Positions 12,517 through 25,345 of a stretch of 64,000 bases of DNA are shown here, piece by piece. Position 1 is the stretch's first letter; each line of letters starts with the position of its first letter. The position numbers and the translations under genes were made by a program. The stretch covers positions 22,555,808 to 22,619,807 of the forward strand of contig CM119269.1 in NCBI GenBank assembly GCA_051294375.1. Reading direction: 5' to 3'. The DNA is from Paraspadella gotoi (taxonomy: Eukaryota > Animalia > Chaetognatha). The notes beneath the pieces are model-generated. The model was not told the DNA's origin. It did not search any database and saw only the letters and a list, made by a program, of their open reading frames with translations.

Positions 12517-14737
12517 ATGAACGGCGCCTTTTTCCTGTCTCTCTTGACCCTGGCGTCGATTTTCGGCGTCGCAACGCCGAAAGAGAAAACCTTTCGCTCC
12601 ACATCGACGGAAAAAATGAAATCGATTTTAGAAAAAACTCTTTTCGTGATTTCGACGCAACAAAATTCCTTTCATTTACGAAGAGCGGAAAAATTAAAGG
12701 AAAGCTTGAGATCTCAGGCCAAGACTTTGTTGCCCACTGCGGCGCTCATCGGGTCGCATGACCCCAAAGCCGACGGACGAACTCTTATGACCGTCCATTT
12801 CGCGCACGAGATTTTTCCGACGTCCAGCGCCAGGATCGTCCGTCCGATGCTTCCCGAGATTCTCGCCAATTGGGGAGCGGATAAGACTTGGGTCTTTTTC
12901 TGCCAAGGTGTGATCGTTTTAATATGTCATTTTTAAGAGGATAGATTATGGTTTGTTACGAAAAAGAATGTAAAGAAATAATATTTAAATTTACAGCAAA
13001 ATTTACATTATATTTACACTAGATTACTTTTCATTTCAATAATATTATTAATAGTATTTACTATTCATACTATTATTTTCTTCAGAAAACACTTTGATCG
13101 ATTTGCGTCTCCTCCTTGCCGCCTTGATCAAAGCGGATCCTTTGAAGTCACCCTTCATGGGTCGACCGCTCGTCGACCGGACATCCACCATCATCCATCA
13201 TTACGATTTCTGGGAGGATTCCTTTCTCTTCACGTGAGCTTTCCGCACATTTATTAAAAATCGTAACACTAAAAAATAATACTAAAAAAAAAAATAAATT
13301 GCTAAAATCTTTTTCCAGTTATCCCGATTTCGCTTCGGGCTTTTTCCTCTCCCTGCCTCTAATCAAGACCGTGGTTCCTCGGTGGGATGAAGAGAAGGAA
13401 CATTTAGACTTTACGATCGACCCCAAATACGAATTGGCCAAATTCCTTTGGCACGATGGCAAAGGGGTCACGTTGAAGGTAAGCGGGGGGGATAAACTGC
13501 AATAATTATGCGATTACCTTTTACCGTCCATCCAGAAAATTCCCAGGAAATGCCCGAACTGTGCGGAGGACGCAACTCTTCCACTTGGGAAAATCATTGC
13601 GCCACTTTTTACGACGCATCGATTCCATTTTGCGGCGAGACGAACGTCGACGATCTCGTCGTGGGCGTGAAGACCTTCCAAGGCTTCCACGCCTCGCGCG
13701 TCCCCATCGTGAAGAAAACTTGGGCGCCGGACGCTAGAGGGCGGATCTTCTTCTTCAGCGATACAACGGACGAGGGGATTCCAACGGTGGCGTCCGGGGT
13801 GCCCAATACCGAATACGGACATTGCGCCAAGACGATGGCGCTCATTGAGCACGCGAGACAGGTTCAATTTTTATATTGCCGAGTTCCCCGATCTACTAAT
13901 GCTAATAATTATTTGAGGGATTGTCTCTTGAGGAAGGATGTTGAGGAGAATGTCTCGAAATCCCTCGGCAATCCCGGCCATCGTCCCCTTAGTCTTTCTC
14001 TCGGTCATTGGTCAGTCTAAGGTCTATGATTCGTCGGCTTTCTGATGATTCTAACCAAGTCCGTGGTTACTAGATACGGATAGGTCTATTCCGTTGGCTT
14101 TCTGATGATTCTAACCAAGTCCGTGGATACTGGATAGGTCTATTCCGTTGGTGACATACATAAATATCATATCGTACATATCTCTCCCGCTTATTTTGTC
14201 AGAAAATGAAGCCATTCAAATGGGTCCTGGTGGCCGACGACGACACCTTGATATCCCTTCCTCGATTGAGGAAACTCTTGTCCTGCTACGATCCTCTCGA
14301 AGACGTGGCTCTGGGAGAGAGTTACGGTTACGGCCTTTCCACCGACTTCGGCTACGACTACATCACTGGTGGAGGGGGAATGGTCTTTAGTGTCGCCTTG
14401 GTGGAGAAGTTGGTCCAGTGTCGTTGCAGGTGGGTGAAAGAATAGTATAAAAATTAGTTAAAAATTAGTTAAAAATTAAATTAAAAAACAAAAAACTTCT
14501 GACATCAGGAAAATCGATACTCCGGACGACATGCACATTGGAATGTGTCTCTCTTCCTTGGAGGTTCCCGCCCTGCATTGGCCTCAATTCCATCAGGCGA
14601 GGCCCATGGATTATTCCCTGGGATATTTGGAGGAGAAGGAACACATCTCCTTTCACAAATTCGATCAACACGACCCTGTAGAGATTTATAAACGATATCT
14701 TTATTCTTTTGATAAAGAAAAACGCGACGAACTTTAA
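12517..14737 (+). CDS. B3GLCT: Beta-1,3-glucosyltransferase (GT31/Fringe-like), multi-exon
   Basis: Signal peptide; TIIHHY, YPDFASGF, FTIDPKYELA, VKTFQGFH..RVPIVKKTW, GVPNTEYGHCAKT, VADDDTL (DxD), YITGGGGMVFS, PDDMHIGMC, FHQARP..ISFHK; ends in ER-retention signal RDEL. Confidence 0.9.
14030..14150 (+). repeat. Two tandem copies of a ~60-bp unit in B3GLCT intron
   Basis: ggctttctgatgattctaaccaagtccgtgg...ggataggtctattccgttgg x2. Confidence 0.85.
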
Positions 14738-15297
14738 AAGGAGATTTTGTATTTGAGTATTTCGTTTTAGATAGTTGACTTTTTTTGTTATTTTTGTTGC
14801 TTAGTCCTTTCAATTTTTCCGCCATCATGTTCCAAATTTAGTGCCTGATCAAAATATAACTTCCATATACCTTATGTTCTTCATTCACAATGTGCAATTA
14901 TTTTTCTTTTATTATTTTTAAGTTTTTCGATTTTTTCACTAACACGGTTCTTCGTGTGTCGGCCTTTTCTTTTTTCCCCCCAAATAGGCGTTGAACCAAT
15001 TACAGCGCTTTTGTTTTTTTCTACAATTTCGTTTTCAGTTCACAGTATTTTAGACTCTGCCTCTGACCCTTGTCTTTCGCGATGTGCGGTAGATTCTTGG
15101 GTCCACATTGAATGGCCCTCGTTTCACCGAGCTGGGCGTGGGCAACACTCCTAACATGACGAATAAAAGTTTTCTCGCGCTTTGACTGAGCGATCGATTC
15201 AGGAGTCAGGATTTAACGATGCTCTCTCTATTTTCTCGCCATCGAACTATTTTCACTCAATCGGCCCGAATCCGGCGCCGCCGCGTTTAAAACCAAA

Positions 15298-18200
15298 ATG
15301 GCGGACGACGCCGCCTCCATCGTCTCTGCGTCGTCGATGGCGTCGTTAAGCGGCGATTCCATCCGCGGCGTCGAACCGCGATTCTTCCTCGACCTACACG
15401 GCGCGGATTCGGCCAACGGGTAACGGAATTACATAGTAACGGTCTCGTTGTTTAATAGAATATTGTGCTTGTGAAAATTAGTCAGCTCCCAAGTAAAACC
15501 ACTCTGCTCTTTATTACCGTACGCAACTTATAATGTATTATGTGCATATGTATTACTGTATGAAATTGGTACAACCAATATAAAAATTATTCATTCATTT
15601 AATAAATAAGCTATCTTGCCCCTAACCTTGGACAAGCTTACAAGATAATGACATCGCATGTCCCAGCAAGCTTTCATTCAAGACTCTCTCAGTCTCGTTT
15701 ATTCACTCCCAGAGTACCTGGCTTCCCTATCAATAAATTGGTATAATATTTCAAAGAATGTTTCAATTGTATGAAAAGTCCACTCCATTAAGTATCAAGT
15801 ATGTGTCTTGCGAAACACTTAGTGAAGTAATAATACAATAAATCACTATTGCATATCTTTCAGTTTAGGCTTATTGGGCAATAACTCTTTGACATCAAGT
15901 ATAATGGTCGGTAAAGTCAGGATACTCAGGAATCAACAAATACATATCATATTATCATTAATATACATTTCCCCCCCACCCGCCATTTAGGTTCGGCGCG
16001 CCGATCCGAGCCTCGCCGCGCCTCTCTTACCGCTGCGTTGCCGCTTCGAGAGACTGGGTGGCGCTGGGGGCGTCGACCGGCAGCGTCTTCGTCTTCGACA
16101 AAGCACGGCGCCGCTGCGTGGCCGTCGTGTCCGTGGAGGCGGCGGTGTCGAAGACGGGCGCTCAGGCGTCGGGTAAGGAGTCACTTCTTTTTCTCCTTCG
16201 CTTCTCTTCTCTCTTTTATTTCCTACCTTTCTTTCCTCCTAATCTTCTCTATCCTACCTTTCTTTCCTCCCTTTCTTCTCTGTCCTATCTTTCTTTCCTC
16301 CTATTCTTCTCTATCCTACCTTTCTTTCCTCCTATTCTTCTCTATCCTACCTTTCTTTCCTCCTATTCTTCTCTATCCTACCTTTCTTTCCTCCTATTCT
16401 TCTCTATCCTACCTTTCTTTCTTCCTATTCTTCTCTATCCTACCTTTCTTTCTTCCTATTCTTCTCTATCCTACCTTTCTTTCTTCCTATTCTTCTCTAT
16501 CCTACCTTTTCTCCTATTCTCTCTCCTCCCCCCTCTGCTAGGCGTGTCCCTCCTACGCTTCTCCCCCCGCGCGCCATCTCTCGACGCCGCGGAATTCCTC
16601 GCCGTGGGGATCGAAGGCGGGGAAGTTCTCGTGTATCGCCTCCGCGACGCCGACCGTCGCCTCCTCGCTTCTCCGCTCCACCTCCGCACGTCCCTCGTCC
16701 ACCGCGGGTCGGCGCTGAGGGATTTCGCCTGGGGAGGCGGAGTCGGTCGTCCGCTCCTCTTCGCCGGCGACGCGATGGGAAGGGTGTCTTCGCTCGACGT
16801 GTTGGGGAAGTCGTTTCAACTTCCGTCGCAGGTGTTTGGGGATGCGGGGAAAGGGGAATGAAAAAAGTTGAGCGAGGGACTAAAATTATGCTGTTGAGAA
16901 AATAAAATCGTAAATTGCATAAAGTCTCAATCTAATTTGCATATTGTGTTTTTAAAAACTCTTGTTACGTTTTTATTTTCTTACTTTAAAAGTTTCATTG
17001 AATCTTTTTCCCGCGTTTAATAATCCTGTTAGATATTATTTAATTGTTTTAATGTAATTACTTTGATTATTAAATTCTTTTACATAACTGTAACTCCCGC
17101 GAGAGTGACATAACTCAATGATTTCTCCATTTGTGTCAACCAGGTGATATTAACTGCAGAGTCCAGCGTCGTTCAACTCGACTCTCACGATCGCCTTCTC
17201 CTCATCTCCACTAAACTCAAATGCTTTCTCTGTGATACGACGAAGGAACAGTTTTGGTCTCTGGGGACGAAACCAAGAAACGGAGACTTTGGCGCTTGTT
17301 TTCTTCCCTTTGAAAAGGTAGGAGAGAGAGAGAGAGCGCGCGCTTAGCTTTTCTCCCTCAATTTTATTAATTTTATTATAATTTATAATATCTTATTGTA
17401 TTCTTTTCAGGAATCGAAAATATTCTCTGCTCGGCCCGGCGCCCGCCTCTGGGAGGCCGACCTTCAAGGCGTCATCCTGAAGACGCATCAGTTGAAGGAG
17501 GTGGTCGCCAAGTCGGCGGCGACGCCCGTGATTTCCGTGGGGGCGGCGAAGGCGAAGGCGGAGTTGGAAGAGGCGGCGGCCGCCAAACGCCCCTTGTTGA
17601 TCTTCCCTCGTTTGTCGGCGATCGACTCGGATTTCGTCGTCACCGTCGTCGGCGACATCATTCTCGTTCTCTTTCCCTCCGCGTCGAAGGTGATTAGAAT
17701 AAAATATTAAATAAACATTAAATAAACATTTGATTTAAAGTGCGTAATCGGTTTTGAAATTGAAAACGGTGAAGACCTGAGCTTAGGAGATGAAAGGGAG
17801 AACAATAGGAAAAATAGAAATATGTAACCTTGCTCTTATTATCCGCGCAATCCACCTATTAATCAACCGCGATCTTCCCTCCCAGGTGGCGCTTCGAACA
17901 CCGCTCCACCGCCGCGTCGTTTCTTGGAGCGTCTCCACTTCTGACGACGAGACTCCGGAGATGGCGCTGCTTCTCGAAGATTCCTCCATCGCCATCTTGT
18001 CTTTTCTTTCGCTTAACTTTTGCGTGGCGGAGTTGTCGTCGCGGTCGGCGGCGGTGGAGGCGGCGAGACTCGTTCTCGATCACGAGAGGGCGTTTAGGTG
18101 AGGGGGGGGCGGGGTAAGGAGAAGGGAAGGGGGTAAATTAGTGGTCGATGATGTTGTCTATTTGATATTCATTGTCGAAAACGTGTTTTTCGAATTAACT

Positions 18201-21200
18201 TTCGCCTCGAAAAAGAACCGGGCACTACCGGTAAGAACTGGGGAAGTAACCAGCATTAACCGGCGAAGCAAACCGGTTTTTTGAGTGGGAATTCTTTTTT
18301 AATGGTGATTTCTCTCAAATCGTGACGTCCAACAAAAAATAGATAATAATCCTACGTTCTTTATTATTTATTATTTTATTATATTTTAAAATTAATATGA
18401 TATATTTAAAAGGAAATAATAATCACATTTTTGTCACTCGCAGAAATTATTGCACTTTGTCGCCGGATGTGATACAAGACTTGTACTCGCGAGCGTCGAT
18501 GAGCGACTTACTCGAGAAAGAGCAGATCGACAAGTTAAAAAAGATTGTGGACGAACACGGGAAGAAGTTGAGGTGCTAATCAACTGGGCGATTTAAAAAT
18601 GAGAAACTGTCAACCTTTATATACCGCGCCCTTAACATTCGCAGAACTCCGTCGCTTTCGACGGCAAAGTCGACTTCTCAGCGTCTGCCTTCCGGCATTT
18701 TCTTAGTTTCGCCGGGACGACGAAAGCCGGCGTCTCTTTTCGGCCGAGACGCATCTTCGACGACCAATCGGGTCCCTGGAGGCGACGCTCTTTTGCCAAA
18801 GGACGAAGTTGATTCGAAAGAGAAAAGCGATGAGCTATCGGATGGAGAAACGGAGCGAGCTTCTCTATTAGCCGATCCATTTTCCAATTCTGGTTCTTCG
18901 AAGATTCTTCAAAATGAGGCGAGAGAGAAGACCGTCGGCGGAGTTCTTTCGTTACCGTTCGGGGATTCCCCGACATCGACGACTACGACGAAGACGATGT
19001 CTCTCGAGAGTCTCGCCGATGCAGCCTCGTCCACCAGCAGATCCGGATCCGTCTCTTCAGAGCCGCCACCCGCTGCTTCGGAGCATCGCGCGTTATCCAC
19101 GCCCACTAGTTTCGACGACGCCGTCCGCAGCTCCGCGGGCGCCGCCGCTCGTTCCCGAGCAGCGAATCCGACGGAAGGTTCGCCCATCGTCGCTCGTCGC
19201 ATCCACAAATCGACGAAGAAGACGAGGAGAAAAAAGGAGCAGCGACTCGTCCAGTTCGACGATCCTCTCCACGATGGAAGGCTCGAAGCCGCGGGCTCGT
19301 CGCAAGACTCTGGCATCGCGGAGATTGTCAAAACCAAAGTCAAGGAAAATTCGGTCAGAGGGGAAAGAGGGGTGAGCACTAAGGCGTAGTGAAAGTTACA
19401 TACGAAAATTCTAAAAGTCAATTATGAACAACATACCATCAGTGAACATTAATTTATAAAAAAAATTAATTTTATGTTTTTTAATTTTCGCAGTAGGCTA
19501 TATTTATATATAGTACTATCCTTATAAAATCGAAAAATTTCAAAATAGGCTTTTCTTAATTTTGATTGCAGATTTGAATTCCTCGTCAAAAGTTGATAAA
19601 AGAAAATATAAATCATTTTTAAAAATTCTTTCATTAAGTGGGGTAAAAATTAAAAAAACTATATTTAATATATAAAAAGTTTAATTTTCATTTAAAATAT
19701 AGCTTTTTCTAATTTTTGACCCACTTAATGAAGGAATTTTTCAAAAAGAGTTATATTTCTTTTTATCAACTTTTTATGACAAATCCAAAATCTGCAAAAA
19801 TAACTTAGAAAAAACTGTTTTGAAATTTTAACATTTATTGGTTTAGTACTAGTATAAATATGGCCTACTGCGTAAATTGAAAAAATTTATTATAAATTTT
19901 TTTATTACATAAATGTTCATTAGTATAATGTTGTTTATTCCTCACTTTTAGAATTTTAATTAAAGTTAAATTTAGAAATTTTACTACGCCTTAGTGAGCA
20001 CTGAGCAGGGAGATCATTTAGTAATTTTTCATTATTTTCCTCATTCGTTAATTCGTAAATTCTTTTATTCGTTCAATCATTCCATCCTTGCATTCATTCG
20101 AACATTCGTTAATTCCTACATACATGATTACATTCATTCATCCCTCTCAGCCCGCCCCCAAAGTCGCCGTCATCCGAGAGCCCGACATCCAAAGATGGAA
20201 AGAAGAGAAGCCGGACTTCGTTTATCCGGCCGGACAGACTCAAGGCGCCGGCGCCGTGGTGGCCACCGTGTTGGAGGTCGGCGAAAGATGGAGCATCAAA
20301 GCCAAGGATTACTTTCGTCGGAATCAGGACATCATCTTGCGATTAAGGGAAAGAGGTTCGTCCGCGTTGCAGGAAGGATTGGAGCGGATAGAGAGAATAG
20401 AGGGAGTGAGGGAGGGAGAGGCGATGGTGGAGGCGGAGAGGGAGGCGGTGGTAAGGAGGGAAGATGGAGAGAGAGTTGAGGAGGAGGAGGAGGAGGAGGA
20501 GGAGGAAGGAGAGAAAGAAGATGAGAAAGATGGGAAAGCCGAAGAAGAAAAAGAAGAGCCGATCGTCGATTACTTCGCCGACGTCCGGGAATCGACCGGC
20601 GCTCTATTCGCCGGCGTAGAATTCGGCGGCGCTCTTTTCGATCGCGGCTCGCTTTTCTCGGAAATGAACGATTGGGTCTCGCGGTGGAACGATTTCGTTC
20701 GATCCATTTTCGATGATCGACGATCGAGTCTAATGAAGGCGGAGATGGAAGAGGAGGATCGGAAGATCGTGGAGGATGTTTTGGAAAAGCTCGTCAAGGC
20801 GGCGGCGAAGAGTTCGGGTCAGAATCACCAGGTGGAGGATTCCATGGAGTTGCGATCGGGCGTTCCGATGCCGATCTTCGGTCGCGATGACGACGACGAA
20901 AAGAACGACGACGATTCTGTCGAATTCTGTTCTTGGCTCTCGGTCAATCGACTCAAGATTTTGTCGGAATTAAAAACTCGAACTGAAACTGAAAAACTTC
21001 TCGTCAAAAACTATGAATACGCCTTTCACTATCCCGTCTCCACTTTGCTAACTCTGGCGCTTGAACTTCGCGCTTTCGGCAATTTCGAGCGACTGTTTCT
21101 TTCTCCCGCCGATAGAGGGAAAGACACATCTCAATTTCTCCGATTTTATTTTCCATTTATAGACTTGAATCGTTTCGTCGCTTCGCTCAACGCGACCGTG

Positions 21201-22658
21201 AAAGCCCCTTTGCCCTCCTTCGACCTTCAGACTCTCTGGGACGAGTTGGTCTCTCTCTCTCGTCCGCCGCCTGGCGTTTCACTCGATGATCTCCGCTTGA
21301 AGGCGTTCTTCGACGCTCGAAACTCCGTCCAACCCGACGCCGCCCTTCGCCTCTTGTCTTTTCTAGTCGCCTCCGCCTCCGCCGCCGAGTGGACGAAGTT
21401 TGTCTCTGTCGCCGTCGATTGGCGATCGATGCTCGATCCCAAGTTGGTCGTGGCGACTCTGCGATCGAGCGTCGTCGCCGCGGAGGATGACGTCGTCGCT
21501 GAGACTTATCTTCGTTACGCGATGAAAGCGACGGAGCGATCGAATGAAGGATCCAAATCCAACATTCGTCGTCGCCTCGCCGAAGGATTGGTCGAGGATC
21601 CAGATTCCTCACTCCTCTTAATCCGAGGCGTCGCTCTCGTTAATGAAAGAGACAACCTGAAGACGCGTTGTTGCTGCGGAGTGCCGATCGAAAGGAGCGA
21701 AGAGATTCGTTGGAGCGACGGAGATTGGATGGAAGACTTGGTTGGGGAGATTCTTTCTCGATACGACGATCGAAGCAAATTCGAATTTATCGTTGAATTC
21801 CTGGAGATGGGGCTGTGGTCGCCCTTTCTCCAGCTTTGCGCGATAATGTTGTCAACGGACGATAACGATCAATTCCCTCGAAACGACGAACTCTTTGACG
21901 TCTTCGTCAAAATCCTTTTTTCGCTCAATGACGAACAAAGAGTCTTCGATTGGATCTCTCGATCCCCGCGCAACAAAGAAGCCTCATTTTGGGAAAATCT
22001 TTTCCGCATCAACGCCACCGATATCGCGATTTGCTCGTCGACGATCGTTGATCGAGAATCCCCCGTAACTTCTGAAAAGCCTCGTCGTGATTGGCCGAGT
22101 TTCCGCCTGGCTGAGTGTCCGGGTCATCGACCTTTCGATTGGCGTCTTCTCGCCGCCTCTATGGTCGACCGGTTGGGATCGGTGGCGGCCTTCGAGATCC
22201 TCGCCCGCCTCGCCGCCCTGCTTCCGCCCGACGCCCTGCCGCTCTCATTCTTTCTCGAGTCCCTCGATTCGCGGGCGGAGCGACTTCCCCGCTTCGAATC
22301 CTACCGCTCGGCCTTGGAAAAGCTCGACGCTTATTTGTGGTCTAATCGACCGCGGGAGATGCTGCCGATCGTTTCCGCTCGCCTCGTCGCCGGAGATGAA
22401 GATGATCGTGGCGCCCGCACCTCGCGTGGAGGGGAACGCCCAGGCGTTGTGGCGCCCGAGGACGCCGGGACTCATTGGGGCGTCTGGCGTCCCGGTTCCT
22501 TGAGCGAAGATCCGTGCGGCGCTTGCAGCGTTATTTTGTCGCGACGCGTCGCTGCAGAGCAGCGGGCGATCGTCGTCTTCCCTTGCGGCTGTGCGTTTCA
22601 CGACGTTTGTCTCCTTGACGAGTTGAACGACGACGCTTGTCCTCATTGTTTTCGTTAA
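15298..22658 (+). CDS. HPS5: BLOC-2 subunit HPS5/pink-like WD40 protein with C-terminal RING-like finger
   Basis: RLSYRCVAASRDWVALGASTGSVFVF, SSVVQLD..LLLIST..CFLCDTTKEQFWSLGTKPRNGDFGACF, IFSARPGARLWEAD (HPS5/TECPR2 family signature); large last exon 20151-22658. Confidence 0.85.
15559..15793 (-). mobile_element. Dispersed repeat family A copy (HPS5 intron 1)
   Basis: Reverse complement of 10117-10380 with small deletions. Confidence 0.88.
16210..16522 (+). repeat. 31-bp pyrimidine minisatellite filling HPS5 intron 2
   Basis: (tattcttctctatcctacctttctttcctcc) x ~10. Confidence 0.95.
19380..19993. mobile_element. Foldback MITE, hAT-like (8-bp TSD GTGAGCAC)
   Basis: Ends TAAGGCGTAG / CTACGCCTTA; imperfect palindrome along its whole length centred near 19680; TSD at 19372-19379 and 19994-20001. 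Confidence 0.9.
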
Positions 22659-23299
22659 TTTTAATTCGATTCGGTTGAAAATCGTGGAGTAGTGAAAAAA
22701 TGGAATTTCGGATTTTAATTTTATTTAATTCTTTGAAGATGTTGATCAATTTATTTGAATGGAATTAAAGAATAAAGTTATTTCGGAAAGTACTTTGGTT
22801 TGTGCATTTTAACCTGGAGAGTGATTAATTTTTATATTGTTTATACATTTTAATTTTATTGTAATATTTTTCTAGCAGCGAATACGGGGTGAAAAAAGTT
22901 AGTCTAATTTTGTCAAATGTTTAACGCTGCATATTTCGGAGCACAAGAAGCAAGTTATTATTATCTTTGCCGCAAAAACGCAAAATAAACATTCCATTGC
23001 GATTGCATTTTCGTAATTATTTATGATTATTTTTTTTTTGAGTTTAAATTCTGCTCCAAGGTTGAGACCGCAGAGCTTATACGTGCCAAAAACCCCAAAC
23101 TTGATTAGCCTCTGGTCCAAAGTGAATCCTAATATCACGTGACTAGTCGAATTTATACATTTTTGTCTATTTTTGATAATTCGTTGCATTGTTGCTCCTT
23201 TCAGAAAAAAATTCTAGGATAACAAATTCCTAGATTCAACGCATGCTTCCATTTTTATCCGTTTCGTTGAAATAAGGACACAAAACAAAATTTAAAAAA

Positions 23300-25345
23300 A
23301 TGGCGGTGTCTCTGTTTTCGCGACAGTTGTTGTCCAACGTCTTGAAGTCGTCGCATCATGGGTGAGTTGGACAGAGAAACTAGATTCTTTCAGTAAAAGG
23401 AACTTGACGATTTTAATATTTGACAGATGCTCGGCCGTGACGTTGGTGTCGACTCGCCACGATTCGAACAACTTGCACGATGTCCTCGCCAACAAGATCA
23501 CGAAGGAGCAGAAGAAAATCGTCGCCTTTCGGTTCGTTGGTTTTAATCTTCTTGGCGAAGGACATTTAACATAACCCACTACACTCACTCACGCAGAAAG
23601 AACCACGGAGACACCCCTGTCGGAGAGGTCACCGTCAACATGATGTACGGCGGCATGAGGGGCATCAAGGGCCTCGTGACGGAAACTTCGGTGCTCGACC
23701 CCGACGAGGGAATCCGATTCCGGGGATACTCGCTGCCCGAATGTCAGCAGATGCTGCCCAAAGCCCCGGGGGGAGAAGAGCCGCTTCCCGAAGGTTTTTT
23801 TTTTCGGAGAAGAGGAGACGCTGAGCATTTCTTAGAATTGGTATCGATTTCTTCGTGATAATCGTAATCCATCGACAGGTTTGTTTTGGCTGCTCTGCAC
23901 CGGCGACATCCCCTCGGAAGGCCAAGCGCGCTCCATTTCCAAAGAGTGGAATTCTCGCGCCGACATTCCCGCCCACGTCGTCACGATGCTTAACAATTTT
24001 CCCCACAAAATGCATCCGATGACTCAGTTCTGCGCCGCCATCGCCGCCTTGAACACCGAGTCCAAGTTTGCCAAGTGCGTCTTTGTTTTGGCTAATTCGG
24101 GATTTTCCCAGAGAAACATTCATTGACTTAAGTTCTTAGAAATGAATGGTTCTTGAGACGATCGTCACCTTTCTCTTCAGGGCTTACGCGGAGGGAGTCA
24201 ATAAAGCGACCTACTGGGAGTTGGTCTACGAAGACTCGATGAATCTGATCGCCAAACTGCCGACCATCGCCGCCATCATTTACCGGAACCTTTATCGCGA
24301 CGGGACATCTGTCGGGGCCATCGACGAGGAGAAGGATTGGAGCTGGAACTTCACCGACATGTTGGGTAAGGGCGATTATTTCCTTTCTGTTTATACAATT
24401 GATTAGTTTATGCTCGAATTAATGTAATTAATCTCGCAGGATTCGAGGACAAATCCTTCACGGAGTTGATGCGCCTCTACTTGACCATCCACTCGGATCA
24501 CGAAGGCGGCAACGTCTCCGCCCACACGACCCATCTCGTTGGCTCCGCTCTCAGCGATCCTTACTTGTCGTTCTCAGCCGGTGAGTCCTGACGGATTTTC
24601 TTGCTCTATCTTGTTTCGGCTTATAACAAAACCTTCGTTCGTCGCAGGAATGGCCGGTTTGGCCGGTCCTCTTCACGGACTCGCCAATCAAGAGGTGCTT
24701 GTTTGGCTGACCAAGCTTCGTCGAGCCGTCGGTGACGACGTGTCCGACGACAAGCTTCGCGACTACATCTGGACCACGCTGAAGGCCGGACAAGTCGTGC
24801 CAGGATACGGACACGCCGTTCTCAGAAAAACTGATCCCAGGCACGCGGGACGAGCTCCAGGAGCTGGAGTTTAGGGTCGAGGTTGCTATGGGTTAAAACC
24901 ATAATGTTTTATTTTGATTTATAGATATACGTGTCAACGGGAATTCGCCCTCAAGCATATGCCCAACGATCCCTTGTTTAAGCTTGTTTCTCAAGTAAGT
25001 AAAGATTAAAATAAACTTTTACATATTTGTTTCGTAATAAGAAGATAATATTCGCCGCCTTTTTTGTCATCCCAGGTTTACAAACTGGTCCCTGACATCC
25101 TGTTGGAGCAAGGCAAGGCCAAGAACCCCTGGCCCAATGTGGACGCTCACTCTGGCGCCCTTTTGATGTACTACAACTTGAAGGAGATGAATTACTACAC
25201 GGTCATGTTCGGTGTCTCCCGCGCTCTCGGTGTCCTCGCCTCCCTCATCTGGGATCGGGCCCTGGGACTCCCCATCGAGCGGCCCAAGTCCATGAGCACC
25301 GAGGGACTCATGAAGTTGACGGGCGCCAATCGTGGCTCGGGATAG
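23300..25345 (+). CDS. CS: Citrate synthase, mitochondrial
   Basis: [78 protein letters not shown]; N-terminal presequence. Confidence 0.98.

Noticed and set aside
14030-14150. Tandem repeat with CTGATGA as a possible hammerhead array or CRISPR-like repeat
   Set aside because: No GAAA partner or stems, only two copies, no unique spacers
20570-22646. Antisense and alternative-frame ORFs over GC-rich exons (here and throughout)
   Set aside because: Expected shadows of GC-rich codon usage, with no independent motifs
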